A stretch of DNA of 64,000 bases, from assembly GCA_965237675.1 (NCBI GenBank), contig OZ250150.1, positions 4,320,001 through 4,384,000 of the forward strand, in the 5' to 3' direction. Source of the stretch: Candidatus Latescibacterota bacterium. Its GTDB lineage: Bacteria; Latescibacterota; UBA2968; GCA-2709665. The notes under the pieces were generated by a model, which ran no database searches, was not told the origin of the DNA, and was given only the letters and a program-made list of their open reading frames with translations. Made by a program: the position numbers and the translations under genes. Below, in pieces: positions 48,996 to 59,052 of the stretch; positions within the stretch are counted from its first letter, which is position 1; each line of letters begins with the position of its first letter.

Positions 48996-49270
48996 AGGCC
49001 GTGCACCCCGCTTCGGCGTTCACGCCGGGGTATTCGGAAAGCGCCAGCTCCCGCCAGGGGGCCCCGCGGCACACGGGCCGGGTTACCTACCGCTGCTACC
49101 TTCCGGTCCTGACGGGGTTTGGTAATCGTCCGTTGCGCAGGACCTGGCGATCGACACCGCGTACTGACCGAATCACGTTCCGGAATGAAGAGCCTCAGAC
49201 GAGGAATTCAACCCCGCTATAGCGGATTGCGGGCTACAGGGCGCCGCTACTTCCCCGTCTAGCACGACCT
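48996..49270 (-). ncRNA. ffs: signal recognition particle RNA, large (Alu-domain) type
   Basis: Core CCGTCAGGACCGGAAGGTAGCAGCGG; 5' Alu-like GGTCGTGCTAGACGGGGAAGTAGCGGCGCCCTG; ends pair (AGGTCGTGC/GCACGGCCT); upstream of dnaX. Confidence 0.9.
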
Positions 49271-49334
49271 GAAAAAACAACCGGCAGACGGCCTGAAGCC
49301 GATGGGAACCACCGAGGGCCGATGCCTGTTTTGC

Positions 49335-49410
49335 TGGTGGAGCTGATGGGATTCGAACCCACGACTTCCAGAGTGCGATTCTGGCGCTCTCCCAACTGAG
49401 CTACAGCCCC
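49335..49410 (-). tRNA. tRNA-Ala(CGC)
   Basis: GGGGCTGTAGCTCAG...CCAGA-ATCGCAC-TCTGG...GTTCGAATC...CAGCTCCACCA; G3:U70 pair. Confidence 0.95.
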
Positions 49411-49462
49411 ACAAAATTGCGACGACACGCGAAGCGCAAGGCGAGTGAAGGCCACTCGCTTT

Positions 49463-49840
49463 TCATGTTTCGCTTTGTTCGATGAGGATTCCATCGGTCC
49501 TGGAGACGCTTTTCAGCGCCTCCACGCCCCCAAGCACGCGCCCGATGGGATTCACGGGACTGGCGGGCCGGATCTCATCCCCTTCGCTGGCGGGTGTCGG
49601 ACCGTAGAAGATACAGAATGCCTTGCCGGGCGGCCAGTACCCCAGATCGCCCAACGCCACCGTTTCCCGGGGATCTTCCGGGTCGGCGGTTACGGGGATC
49701 TGAAAATAGATCTCGTCGCCCCACGTATTGAAGGTGCTCCGGATGGGCAACTCGGCCAACACCTGCGATGCGGTTTCCGATTCGTTCAACTCGGCATCCA
49801 GTTCAACCTCTCCCACCCGGATTTTGATGGCATGCGCCAT
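49463..49840 (-). CDS. cyclophilin-like fold protein (DUF369/Cyclophil_like)
   Basis: LPIRS..NTWGDEIYF, GDLGYWPPGKAFCIFYGPTP. Confidence 0.85.
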   Translation of the reverse strand: MAHAIKIRVGEVELDAELNESETASQVLAELPIRSTFNTWGDEIYFQIPVTADPEDPRETVALGDLGYWPPGKAFCIFYGPTPASEGDEIRPASPVNPIGRVLGGVEALKSVSRTDGILIEQSET

Positions 49841-49917
49841 TTCCGTTTGCGACCTCGTAATGCGAGCCTTCCCTGCCAACCGCCGCCGGTGGCGGGGGAT
49901 GGGCTCATTCATATTTC

Positions 49918-50010
<93 letters not shown>

Positions 50011-50748
50011 ACAAAAGCGGCTCGAGATCCGAGCAGCGAAGCATCAAAGCGTGTATCATTGTCCCGGCGAAAAGATGGACATTGCAAGGATGCTGCAGCA
50101 ATTCGCCCTCGCCCGTAACGCCCTCCATTACGCGTACTAAGATACAATATTCTACTGTCCTTCGCAACCTTTTCCCAACCAATTCAGAGCCCGGCTGAGG
50201 GCGCTGCGCAGTGCGGATTCCATTGGCGGCTTTGAGCTTGAAAACCTGAAGTTACGTACGTGCTGGGTTAGACAACCGAGACTGGGCGGGATGGGGTGTT
50301 GAGGACTGCGACAAGCCGGCCTGCGCAAGTAAGGACCTGGTAGAAATGGGAAAAGCCGCCTGGCGACCTTTCTATGCCTTGATCTTTGCTCAATCTAGAG
50401 CGGCCAGACGGACGACCTGACTCTCAACTTGATGACTGTGGTCCAAGTTGTCTGGTTTGGTATAATTAATTGTTTATACGAAAAACAACAAAATACGTGG
50501 TGGATTGGATGAGCACCGGTTTTCGCTTTCCTTTTCGTCCCGATTTGTCTTGTCTGTCCCCGTACAAAACAGGCTGTGAATACAGCCTATCGCATTCGTC
50601 CTCGTCTTGACCCGTTTCTCTATTTTGGCTAAATTCCACGGGCAGATCGGGGTTGATATTGATGATAATAGAACTGGCGAAAAATCCATGAACCGCCCAA
50701 TGCTACGGCCGACATTCCCACAAGCAGGTAAAAAAAGGTAATCTGAGA

Positions 50749-51411
50749 ATGGGCGACATCCACTGGGACGGGATAACGCAGGCTCGGTCCCTCGGGGACG
50801 AAGAAGCCCGGACCCGGCACGCTTTTGCGGATGCTGCCAGGGACGCCGACTGGACCCGCGTTTTCGAGCTTCTATCCAGACATGCGAAGTGGATCAATTC
50901 TACGCGGCCTGGCGGATCGACGTTATACGCCCCTCTGCATCAGGCGGCCTGGCACAGCGCGCCAGTTGCGGTCGTCCAACGTCTGATCGGAATGGGCGCA
51001 TGGCGGACGCTGGGGAATTCCCGAGGAGAGCGTGCCGTGGACGTGGCCGAACGGCGAGGGCATCGGCACTTGCTCCGGGTGCTGGCTCCCGAAATCAAGC
51101 ACCACGTTCCGCGTGAGGCGCTGCTGAAGGTTCAAGCGCACTTCCACGCCGTCATCCGCGGTCGCGCCGAACACCTGGTGGACGAACAGGGACTGCGATT
51201 GCCAGAACTGGAACCGTTGCTGGAGTTGGACCCGCCGGAAATGTGGTTTCCCGTACCTGGTATGGCCGGTGGATTCCACTACCGACTGGAGCAAGAAGGT
51301 ACTCAGCCCAAGCTCTTCTCCGAAAGTTGGTGCCGAATGGTTAACGGATCGGGACAACGGCATGAGATCACGTCGCGCGGCAGCCGGCTCGTCGACGAGG
51401 GGTTCGTGTAG
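50749..51411 (+). CDS. ankyrin-repeat-containing protein
   Basis: APLHQAAWH...LIGMGA...NSRGERAVDVA ankyrin unit plus a C-terminal domain (WFPVPGMAGGF, SWCRMVNGSGQRH). Confidence 0.75.
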   Translation: MGDIHWDGITQARSLGDEEARTRHAFADAARDADWTRVFELLSRHAKWINSTRPGGSTLYAPLHQAAWHSAPVAVVQRLIGMGAWRTLGNSRGERAVDVAERRGHRHLLRVLAPEIKHHVPREALLKVQAHFHAVIRGRAEHLVDEQGLRLPELEPLLELDPPEMWFPVPGMAGGFHYRLEQEGTQPKLFSESWCRMVNGSGQRHEITSRGSRLVDEGFV

Positions 51412-51501
51412 CCGACTCCGTCTGACAGGTTGCTCCGAACGGGCTTCACGCGGACAGTGACAAACTTCGCCTACGAGATGCCGAGAAACCCAGGAAAAGG
51501 T

Positions 51502-51834
51502 ATGGACATTGCGATTAGACGTTTGACGGTGTGCATCGGGAGAGCCCTTCAGCACACCCAGTTCAGGAACGTATTCAGGCAACGACTCGACTCGTCCGTG
51601 ATGGGTCAGTTCTATGCCAGAAAGATGCGGAGGCAGTATTGCCTGTCCAATACGGACGCAATAGGCGTGCGCGAATCCGAGATAACCCACCTCGTCGACG
51701 AACTCGAGCCGTTGGTGAATCGCTACAGGTTGTCCGAGACCGGTGCCGTCGGCAACGGATTCTATGAATTGCTGGGGTCAGCTGCTTCGCCACGTCTGCC
51801 CGCCGTCGAGGACTGCGTCAAAACGAACGCCTGA
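51502..51834 (+). CDS. hypothetical protein (possibly a fragment)
   Basis: ATG after AGGAAAAGG; no recognised motif. Confidence 0.35.
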   Translation: MDIAIRRLTVCIGRALQHTQFRNVFRQRLDSSVMGQFYARKMRRQYCLSNTDAIGVRESEITHLVDELEPLVNRYRLSETGAVGNGFYELLGSAASPRLPAVEDCVKTNA

Positions 51835-51866
51835 ATATCGGGCTACTGCCGGCTTACCAACCGCCC

Positions 51867-52508
51867 TCAAATTCCCCCCTTCTCAACCATCGGACGCTGT
51901 GACAGGTCCAGTACAGAGACATCGCGTGGAAGTGCAAACGGATAACCCGGACGAGAAGGTTCCAGAAAAGTAATTGACTCATAGTAATCATCTAACGGAA
52001 CGAAAACACCATTATTTTCTGCCCACAGATGCATCCCCCGATTGCAACAATGCTTCCAGGACAAGACCTCGATTTTCCAACCTCTCTTATACAACCGCTC
52101 CAACGTACTATGAAATCCGCGACCTTCAATGTATCCGGCACCGTCACCGGTCAATAGCACCACAACGCCAGGATTATCAATATTGTCCCAGCCGTCCTCC
52201 ATCATACGCAGTTGCAGCCATTGGTCAGGCGTCTCTTGTTTCCCGCCGCCGGAAACACCACGATCAAACAAATAAACTTCCACATCCTGATTCTCCAGAC
52301 GATTCCATAGTTGATTCATCTCAGGGGGAATGGAACCAGCAGCATAAGCCTTCTCCAAACTTCTATCCGCCTGCGCCAAACGAAACAAGTTCTCAAAGTG
52401 AATTCGGACACGATAACGGGCAGTAGGGTCTCCATTCAACTCCTCCGCGAGTCGCTGCGCCTCGCAAGAGATATTTGAGTTGTCCCAATAAATGAATACG
52501 CCGCACAT
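51867..52508 (-). CDS. NYN-domain (PIN-fold) ribonuclease-like protein
   Basis: FIYWDNSNI, KQETPD, LLTGDG, GWKIEVLSW; lower GC than the core. Confidence 0.85.
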   Translation of the reverse strand: MCGVFIYWDNSNISCEAQRLAEELNGDPTARYRVRIHFENLFRLAQADRSLEKAYAAGSIPPEMNQLWNRLENQDVEVYLFDRGVSGGGKQETPDQWLQLRMMEDGWDNIDNPGVVVLLTGDGAGYIEGRGFHSTLERLYKRGWKIEVLSWKHCCNRGMHLWAENNGVFVPLDDYYESITFLEPSRPGYPFALPRDVSVLDLSQRPMVEKGGI

Positions 52509-52882
52509 AAGAAAGGAAACCTCCTTATCACCTCTTTGCCGTCCACGCCTCAAAATCCCTCATCGACTGTTTTCCCTTCCCCGATTTCGCCACTGGCAGA
52601 TCAGTCGGAAACACAGTTTCCTCGTCCTTCCCATTCCGTATACCCCGCACAGCACCTTCCTCCAGCAGCGTGGCGAACACTGCCGCCGGCGCCGCTTTTA
52701 TAAAGCGATTGACGAAGCATCTCCGCCAAAGCCGCAGGTCGGCCTGCAACCGATGAGCTTGGATGCGGGCATTGAAGGAAATCAACGTCGGCACGCCGCA
52801 AGGCCGCCTGCGCCTAACGACCCAACGCGATGACCTTCCGGCCCTCTACCTCATGCCGGGTCACCGCCTTGATTGAACAATA

Positions 52883-52974
<92 letters not shown>

Positions 52975-53062
52975 GCCCTAACGCTTTAAGCTATTGCCCC
53001 GGACACCCCTTCCGTGTTGCGCATTTTACAACCTGATTTTCGCCACAGGCTTGTTCGCGGGG

Positions 53063-53539
53063 TTACGACTTCTGCTGACGCAATGTTTGAAAGAACTGTT
53101 TCAGAATCTCTGAACAAGGCGCTTCGAGCACGCCTCGACGAACGTCGATCCGATGGTTTAGCCTCGGGTCTTCGACGATGTTGCGCAGCGAACCGCAGGC
53201 CCCGGTTTTCGGGTCGTTGGCGCCAATCACCAGGCGCGATACCCGCGCGAGCACGAGCGCCCCCGCACACATCGCGCACGGCTCCAGGGTGACGTAGACC
53301 ACGCATTCGGTAAGCCACTTCATTCCCGTGCTCGCCGTTGCGGAACGAATGGCCAGCATCTCCGCGTGCGCCGTGGGATCATTGTCTCTCAGAATGCGGT
53401 TCTGCCCCCGCCCCACCACCACCCCGTTCTGCAGGACCACCGCCCCCACCGGCACTTCACCTGCATCGCCAGCCGCCCGGGCCTCGGCAAGCGCCAGTTG
53501 CATTCCGGCTTCGTCCGCGTCCGTCAATTCGCGCACCAT
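53063..53539 (-). CDS. tadA: tRNA adenosine(34) deaminase
   Basis: EVPVGAV, AHAEM, TLEPCAMC, DPKTGACGS, RLNH. Confidence 0.95.
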   Translation of the reverse strand: MVRELTDADEAGMQLALAEARAAGDAGEVPVGAVVLQNGVVVGRGQNRILRDNDPTAHAEMLAIRSATASTGMKWLTECVVYVTLEPCAMCAGALVLARVSRLVIGANDPKTGACGSLRNIVEDPRLNHRIDVRRGVLEAPCSEILKQFFQTLRQQKS

Positions 53540-53694
53540 CCAAGCGGAAAATCGTCTACCGAAAGTCCTCTAAAGAGCCGGACAAAAATACCGTTTTCCG
53601 GCTTCGCCGTCAACCATTTTCCCGCTGGAACGGCGGTGGATCGCATCGGCTCATTCGACCGGGAAGGCCGGTGCAAATGTTGGATGAGACCGGA

Positions 53695-55005
53695 TCAGCC
53701 GCGGGCGCCCAGCCTCGTAATGAAGAAGGGCACCAGCATTTCCCGCTCGTGCAACCCGCCGTGACGGCCGCCAACCAGGTCGGAGGGTGTGGCGTCATCC
53801 TTGTATGCGTGAAACAGCGTGGCGCTGCCGCGCATCAGGGCAAGCAGATCGCCGATCCGCCCGGAAAGTCCCGACGCGTGCGGCCCGTCCCCCCACAGGC
53901 CATCGGCGAGCGCGCGTTCGGTTTCCACAACACATGCCCGGTCCGCCAACCCACGCTTCAGGGCGGATTTCACTTCTTGCGTCGCGCCGTCGCGCACGTG
54001 GAAATACGCCGACCGCGCCGTCCCGGTCGGCGGCGCCACGAGCCGGTGTTCCAGCCCCTCGAGCGTGGCAACCGGCACGATATCCGACTCGTCGACCTGA
54101 ATGTGCCCGTGATCCGCGAGAAGCATGAAGGCGGCGCTCACTTCCTGTCCGTCGAGAGGCGCAATCAGTTCTCTTTCTACGGAGTAGCCCAGGCTGCAGA
54201 TCTCTCCCGCGGGTTCTTCCCCCCCGGCGCCGTACCGATGCTGAATCGCATCCAGCGTATCCGTGTAGAGCCAGATACACGCCGGCTGTCCTGGATCCGT
54301 GGTCACCATTCTTCGAACCTGGATAAACAGATCCGACGCATTCACGAACGGGATCACGTCGGTGGCGCCGTCATACAACATCTCGGACAGGCCGCTGTGC
54401 GCCAGCGAGCGATGAATCATGCAATAGGACGAAACCCCCGCCCGCGTCAATAGGCTGTGCACGGTGGGCACGCCCAGCAGGGCCCGGGCGTCTCCGCTGT
54501 TTGGCAACATCCGGCCGAGACGTTCGTCAACCTCCGGACTCAACCGGATCATATTCGCCACGTACCCCCTGTCCGGCATGTACATTCTGTATCCCGCGAT
54601 GCCATGTCCGGCCGGCGGCAGCCCCGTGTGAAAAGACGAAAGCGCCGCCGCGGTGGTAGATGGAAAAACCGACGTGAGCGGCGCGAACCGTCCACGCTCC
54701 GCCAGCGTCCGGAACCCCGGCACCGGCCCGGATTCCAACGCCTCGGTGAGCGTGAGATAGCCGAGGGCGTCCGCGAGCATAATCACCAGTTTGCCGGCGC
54801 CCTCCAGTTCGCCGCCCACGACCTCCGCGGCCAGCCCCGGCGACTTGACCCCGCCGATGCCGAAATGCCGCAGCACCGTGGGCGCCACGTTCGCCACGCT
54901 GTATCCGTCGTACGCCGGCCACACAAACTCGTCCGGCAACGACGTATCGCCGATTCGACCGGGCCGGCGGAGTCGCTTCAAGACTCGCTCAGCAATCGGA
55001 TTCAT
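53695..55005 (-). CDS. alkaline phosphatase superfamily (nucleotide pyrophosphatase/phosphodiesterase-like) protein
   Basis: DALG, SVFPSTT, DAIQH, ADHGH, HGGLHEREMLVP. Confidence 0.85.
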   Translation of the reverse strand: MNPIAERVLKRLRRPGRIGDTSLPDEFVWPAYDGYSVANVAPTVLRHFGIGGVKSPGLAAEVVGGELEGAGKLVIMLADALGYLTLTEALESGPVPGFRTLAERGRFAPLTSVFPSTTAAALSSFHTGLPPAGHGIAGYRMYMPDRGYVANMIRLSPEVDERLGRMLPNSGDARALLGVPTVHSLLTRAGVSSYCMIHRSLAHSGLSEMLYDGATDVIPFVNASDLFIQVRRMVTTDPGQPACIWLYTDTLDAIQHRYGAGGEEPAGEICSLGYSVERELIAPLDGQEVSAAFMLLADHGHIQVDESDIVPVATLEGLEHRLVAPPTGTARSAYFHVRDGATQEVKSALKRGLADRACVVETERALADGLWGDGPHASGLSGRIGDLLALMRGSATLFHAYKDDATPSDLVGGRHGGLHEREMLVPFFITRLGARG

Positions 55006-55181
55006 TCCATCTCCTGGCGAAGGATTTCCCCCTGGAAAACAAGGCCCCAAAATAGACCGGCCGTGGCATCATGTCAAGGCCGAATCCTGGCACACAAACG
55101 CCATCCGTGCCCTCCGTTGTGAACGCGCGAAACCGCCATTATGGAATACCCGGACCGTGGCGCCGGAAGCGGATTTTGTGC

Positions 55182-55210
55182 TTGACACCAGGGGCCCCTT
55201 GTGGTAAGTT
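55182..55210 (+). promoter_or_regulatory. sigma70 promoter of tRNA-Asn
   Basis: TTGACA-17 bp-TAAGTT. Confidence 0.7.
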
Positions 55211-55234
55211 TTTCCCGCTCTTGGATTACAGGGT

Positions 55235-55310
55235 TCCGGCGTAGCTCAGCTGGCAGAGCGGGTGGCTGTTAACCACTAGGTCGTAGGTTCGAGTCCTACC
55301 GCCGGAGCCA
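55235..55310 (+). tRNA. tRNA-Asn(GTT)
   Basis: TCCGGCGTAGCTCAG...GGTGG-CTGTTAA-CCACT...GTTCGAGTC...GCCGGAGCCA. Confidence 0.96.
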
Positions 55311-55347
55311 ATTTCCTTTGTCGCCTTCCTGCCCCCTGCATACCAAC

Positions 55348-55384
55348 ACGAGACCCCGCGGCGAAATGCCTGCGGGGTCTCGTC
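55348..55384 (+). terminator. hairpin downstream of tRNA-Asn
   Basis: ACGAGACCCCGCGG-CGAAATGC-CTGCGGGGTCTCGT. Confidence 0.6.
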
Positions 55385-55511
55385 GTATCCGATGTTTTCT
55401 CAATAGTTTATGCCCGGCTGCACATACTCCCTGATTGTCCTTATGACACGTCGCGGACGCATCCATTTCGGGTTCGGTCCGATACTGACCGTTACTGCTC
55501 TGGAGAGGGGC

Positions 55512-55697
55512 TTACGCTTCGACGCGTAGTCGTCCGGACCGCTCCGAGTGGGATTCACGGATGACGATGTCCACGTCGCGCCCAAGCGCCGTCAGAAGGC
55601 GCAGGAGCCGCTGCAAGGACTACCTGAGTGATGTGCCTGATGCTGCCTCGCCGGGGAACCGGCCGACGTCATCGAGGGTTCGCTGGAAGAACTCCAT
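55512..55697 (-). pseudogene. decayed RelE/HigB-like toxin start joined to an HTH_37 antitoxin C-terminus
   Basis: MEFFQRTLDDVGRFPGEA...* followed by SLQRLLRLLTALGRDVDIVIRE...RLRVEA*. Confidence 0.55.
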
Positions 55698-55751
55698 CTG
55701 CAATTCCTCGACCGGATCGCCTCATTGAATCGGCATGCCGGCGGAGCAGCA

Positions 55752-56078
55752 CTACGCCTGAAGCAGGCGCCGCTGCAGCAATGTCTGCATGTCACGCCGC
55801 CCGTCCGCGATGACGAGCACAAAGACGGTATCGCCGATCACCCGATAGATGATGCGGTAGGGCTTGAAGAAGACCTCCCGGTACTCGCGCACCCCGACGT
55901 CGAGCAGCTCCCTCGGATAGCTCCCACGCTGCGGATGCTCGGACAGGGCCTGGAACGTCCTTTCGATCCGTTCCAGCACGTGATCCGCTCGGGCCGGCGA
56001 ATCGTGTCGGTCGATATAGTCGCAGATTGCTTCCAGGTCGCGGGCGGCGTCATCGGTCAACTGAACGCGAAAGGACAT
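55752..56078 (-). CDS. RelE/ParE family toxin
   Basis: VQLTDDAARDLEAICDYI, YRIIYRV, DGRRD. Confidence 0.9.
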   Translation of the reverse strand: MSFRVQLTDDAARDLEAICDYIDRHDSPARADHVLERIERTFQALSEHPQRGSYPRELLDVGVREYREVFFKPYRIIYRVIGDTVFVLVIADGRRDMQTLLQRRLLQA

Positions 56079-56353
56079 CAGCGATCCCGTTTCCGCTCCC
56101 GGAGCCGCGCGATCACGTCCGCCGCGGGTTCCACCTGGCCGGCCTCGATCTGCCGGTTGCCCAGTGCGAGAATCTTGAGCAGCGCCATCGTCTCCTGCGT
56201 CTCCTCAAAGCTGTCGATGTCCTGCAGCACCACCTTGGCTTCGCCATTTTGCGTGATGACCAGGGGCTCTCCCCGATCGCCGAGCGTGCGCACGATCTCC
56301 GAGACGTGGGCCTTGAGGTAGCTGATCGGCTTGATCTGGTCGGACAGTTTCAT
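56078..56353 (-). CDS. Phd/YefM family antitoxin
   Basis: IKPISYLKA, PLVITQNGEAKVV; TGATG coupling to the toxin. Confidence 0.9.
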   Translation of the reverse strand: MKLSDQIKPISYLKAHVSEIVRTLGDRGEPLVITQNGEAKVVLQDIDSFEETQETMALLKILALGNRQIEAGQVEPAADVIARLRERKRDR

Positions 56354-56811
56354 GGGCACCTCCTTTCCAGTCTAAATATAGTCCATAAACAGGTCTAAAA
56401 ACAAGCACGGACTTCGCCGGTCGGCAACTGCAAAGGAAGACGGGCGACATCAGGGCGCCGATCGGACCCTTTCACCAGGCCCTCGCCAGCCCACGTCCAA
56501 CCAGATTGTCCCCCGCCTTTTCTTTGTTCGCGCGCACGGTTGGCGGCGAAGCCTGTCGCGGCTGCCTGCAACGCGCCAGGCATCTCCAACACGTTTTTCA
56601 AAGCGCCGAGATCCGCCTTACGCCCCATATCGGCGTGGTTTTTTTTGGCGTTTGCCCAACTTCGGAATTGACCTGAACTCGTTGAGTTCATATATAGTTT
56701 GTACTCATTCGATATCCGGTCCGTTTCTGTTCGAAGTTGAACCGGATTCGCCGTTGGCTGTCCGATATCAATGCCAAGGGCTGCTTTGATGTACTTTGGA
56801 GATTAAACCGC

Positions 56812-58461
56812 GTGCCTGAAATCGACTATCTCACGGATCTGATAATCGTACTCGGCTCGGCGGTGCTGGTCGCAACCGTACTGCGGCGCGCAGGGATCCC
56901 GTCGATCGCCGGACTGATTCTGGCGGGTATGCTGGCCGGACCCACGGCGCTGGCCCTCGTGGACGACACCCACCAGGTTGAGGTGCTGGCAGAGATCGGA
57001 ATCGTCCTCCTGCTCTTCGGGATCGGTCTGGAACTCTCACTGAGCCATATGCGGCGCCTCTGGAAAGCCGTCCTGCTGGGCGGAGGCATCCAGGTGACCG
57101 CCACCATCGTCTGCACCGCGGCTGCGGCAAGTTGGTTCGGTCTTGCGCCGGGGCCGGCGGTGTTTCTGGGCTTTAGCGTCGCCGTTTCCAGCACGGCCAT
57201 TGTCCTGCGAGGCCTTTCCAAGCGGGGTGAACTGGATGCGCCGCACGGCCGCCTGGCTGTCGGCATCCTGATCTTCCAGGACCTGAGCGTGATTCCGATG
57301 ATCCTGGCGGTGCCTTTTCTGGCCGGACAGGAAAGCTCCGCGCGGGAGATCGCGCTGGCAGCCGCCACAAGCCTCGCCATCCTGGTAGGTGTGCTCGTTG
57401 CAGCCAACCGCGTTGTTCCATTTATACTCGCATTCGTGGCCAGGACGAGGGAGAGAGAGTTGTTTATTCTGACCGTCTTTCTCGTCTGTTTCGGAATTGC
57501 GTGGGTGCTTTCGCTGGCGGGACTCTCGCTGGCGCTGGGTGCGTTCCTGGCGGGCATAATCGTCGCGGGAAGCGAGTTTCGTCACCAGGCAATGTCGGAC
57601 CTGATTCCCGTGCGCGAAGCCTTCGCCAGCCTGTTCTTCGTTTCCGTGGGCATGCTGTTGGACGTTTCGGAAGTGTTCGCGCACCTCCTGCCGACGCTCG
57701 GGCTCTGCGCCATTATTCTCGTGGGCAAATTCGCCATCGTGCTTGGAATGGGCCTCGTGCTTCGGCTGCCGCTGCGCGTAGCGATCCAGTCCGCGGCCAC
57801 GTTGTGCCAGATCGGCGAGTTTTCGTTCGTGCTCCTGAAGGCAGCCTCGGGAACCGGCCTCCTCGATCCCACACTATCTCACAACCTCCTGCTGGCGATC
57901 ATCCTGTCCATGTTGCTCACACCCATGGCCATCGCATTCGCCCCGCACCTGGCGCTCGGCGTCAGCCGAATCCCATGGCTCAACCGGATTCTGGATGCCG
58001 AGCCCCCCGGAATCGATTCCCACGAACCGTACAGCGACCATGTTATCGTCGCCGGGTACGGCCGGGCGGGCAGAGAGGTCTGTCGGGCGGCTCGAAACGC
58101 AGGGTTCGCCTGTGTTGCAGTTGACGTGAATGTCGACAATGTCCGCAAGGCAAAAGCGGCGGGAGACCTGGCGGTGTACGGAGACGTTACGCAGACGGAA
58201 ATCCTTGAGGACCTCGGTTGCAGGGATGCGCGCCTTGTTGTGGTAACCATCAACGACACACGTGCTACCGAGATCGCCGTCCACGCGATCCGCGCCGCGG
58301 CGCCCGACACCTCCATCATCGCTCGCACCCTGTACGACATGGACGAGAACTCGCTGCGGGACGCAGGCGCCACCCGGGTCATCACGGCCGAAGCCACGAC
58401 CAGTGACGTGGTCGTCAATACATGCCTTGCGGAACTGGAATCGGGAAAGACGGAGACTTAG
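56812..58461 (+). CDS. CPA2 cation:proton antiporter (KefB/KefC-like) with TrkA-N domain
   Basis: LAEIGIVLLLFGIGLE, SSTAIV, FQDL, LGAFLAG, QIGEFSFV, VAGYGRAG. Confidence 0.92.
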   Translation: MPEIDYLTDLIIVLGSAVLVATVLRRAGIPSIAGLILAGMLAGPTALALVDDTHQVEVLAEIGIVLLLFGIGLELSLSHMRRLWKAVLLGGGIQVTATIVCTAAAASWFGLAPGPAVFLGFSVAVSSTAIVLRGLSKRGELDAPHGRLAVGILIFQDLSVIPMILAVPFLAGQESSAREIALAAATSLAILVGVLVAANRVVPFILAFVARTRERELFILTVFLVCFGIAWVLSLAGLSLALGAFLAGIIVAGSEFRHQAMSDLIPVREAFASLFFVSVGMLLDVSEVFAHLLPTLGLCAIILVGKFAIVLGMGLVLRLPLRVAIQSAATLCQIGEFSFVLLKAASGTGLLDPTLSHNLLLAIILSMLLTPMAIAFAPHLALGVSRIPWLNRILDAEPPGIDSHEPYSDHVIVAGYGRAGREVCRAARNAGFACVAVDVNVDNVRKAKAAGDLAVYGDVTQTEILEDLGCRDARLVVVTINDTRATEIAVHAIRAAAPDTSIIARTLYDMDENSLRDAGATRVITAEATTSDVVVNTCLAELESGKTET

Positions 58462-58762
58462 TGTCAAGATGCAAAGCCACAATTGACTGGTTGTCCTAGG
58501 ATTCCCTGTGGTCATTTCCCTCCCTTCTTATTGATTTTATTATTTTTACGCCCTTTTTCTTTCTCGCCCAAGAAAAAGGGCCAAAAAGAACGGCGCCGCT
58601 CAGACGCCGCGGGGCTGCTTTTCCGAGAACCACCTCAAAGGCGATTGCCTGGGTTGGTGGCCTGCGTAGTTCCGTGGTGTTCCGTAAACCGTGTTGCTGC
58701 GCGAAGGGCGGCGGTTCGCGAACCGCCCCTACAAAATCTGATCATCCGCAAATCTTAATCGC

Positions 58763-58840
58763 CGGGTCGTAACGTTGGACGACGGCGAGACTATTCACAA
58801 TGCATTCTTTGACAGGGGATTTCGAAAGGAAATGCGATGA
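58763..58840 (+). pseudogene. C-terminal remnant of the putative toxin partner of DUF2283
   Basis: RVVTLDDGETIHNAFFDRGFRKEMR*, with its TGA overlapping the DUF2283 ATG. Confidence 0.55.
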
Positions 58841-59052
58841 AACTACACTATTATCCGGAGACCGACAGCCTCTACGTCGAATTCAAACCCGAACCGGGCG
58901 CGGAAACTCGCGAGGTCGCCGACGGTCTGAATGTCGATCTTGACGCCAATGGCGACGTCGTGGGATTTGACATCGATAAGGCTTCCGTCCGCCTGGACCT
59001 TTCCACTTTGGAAACGACGGCGCTGCCGGTGCGCGCTTACAAAGCGGGATGA
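58837..59052 (+). CDS. DUF2283 family protein (putative antitoxin)
   Basis: MKLHYYPETDSLYVEF...VDLDANGDVVGFDI. Confidence 0.85.
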   Translation: MKLHYYPETDSLYVEFKPEPGAETREVADGLNVDLDANGDVVGFDIDKASVRLDLSTLETTALPVRAYKAG

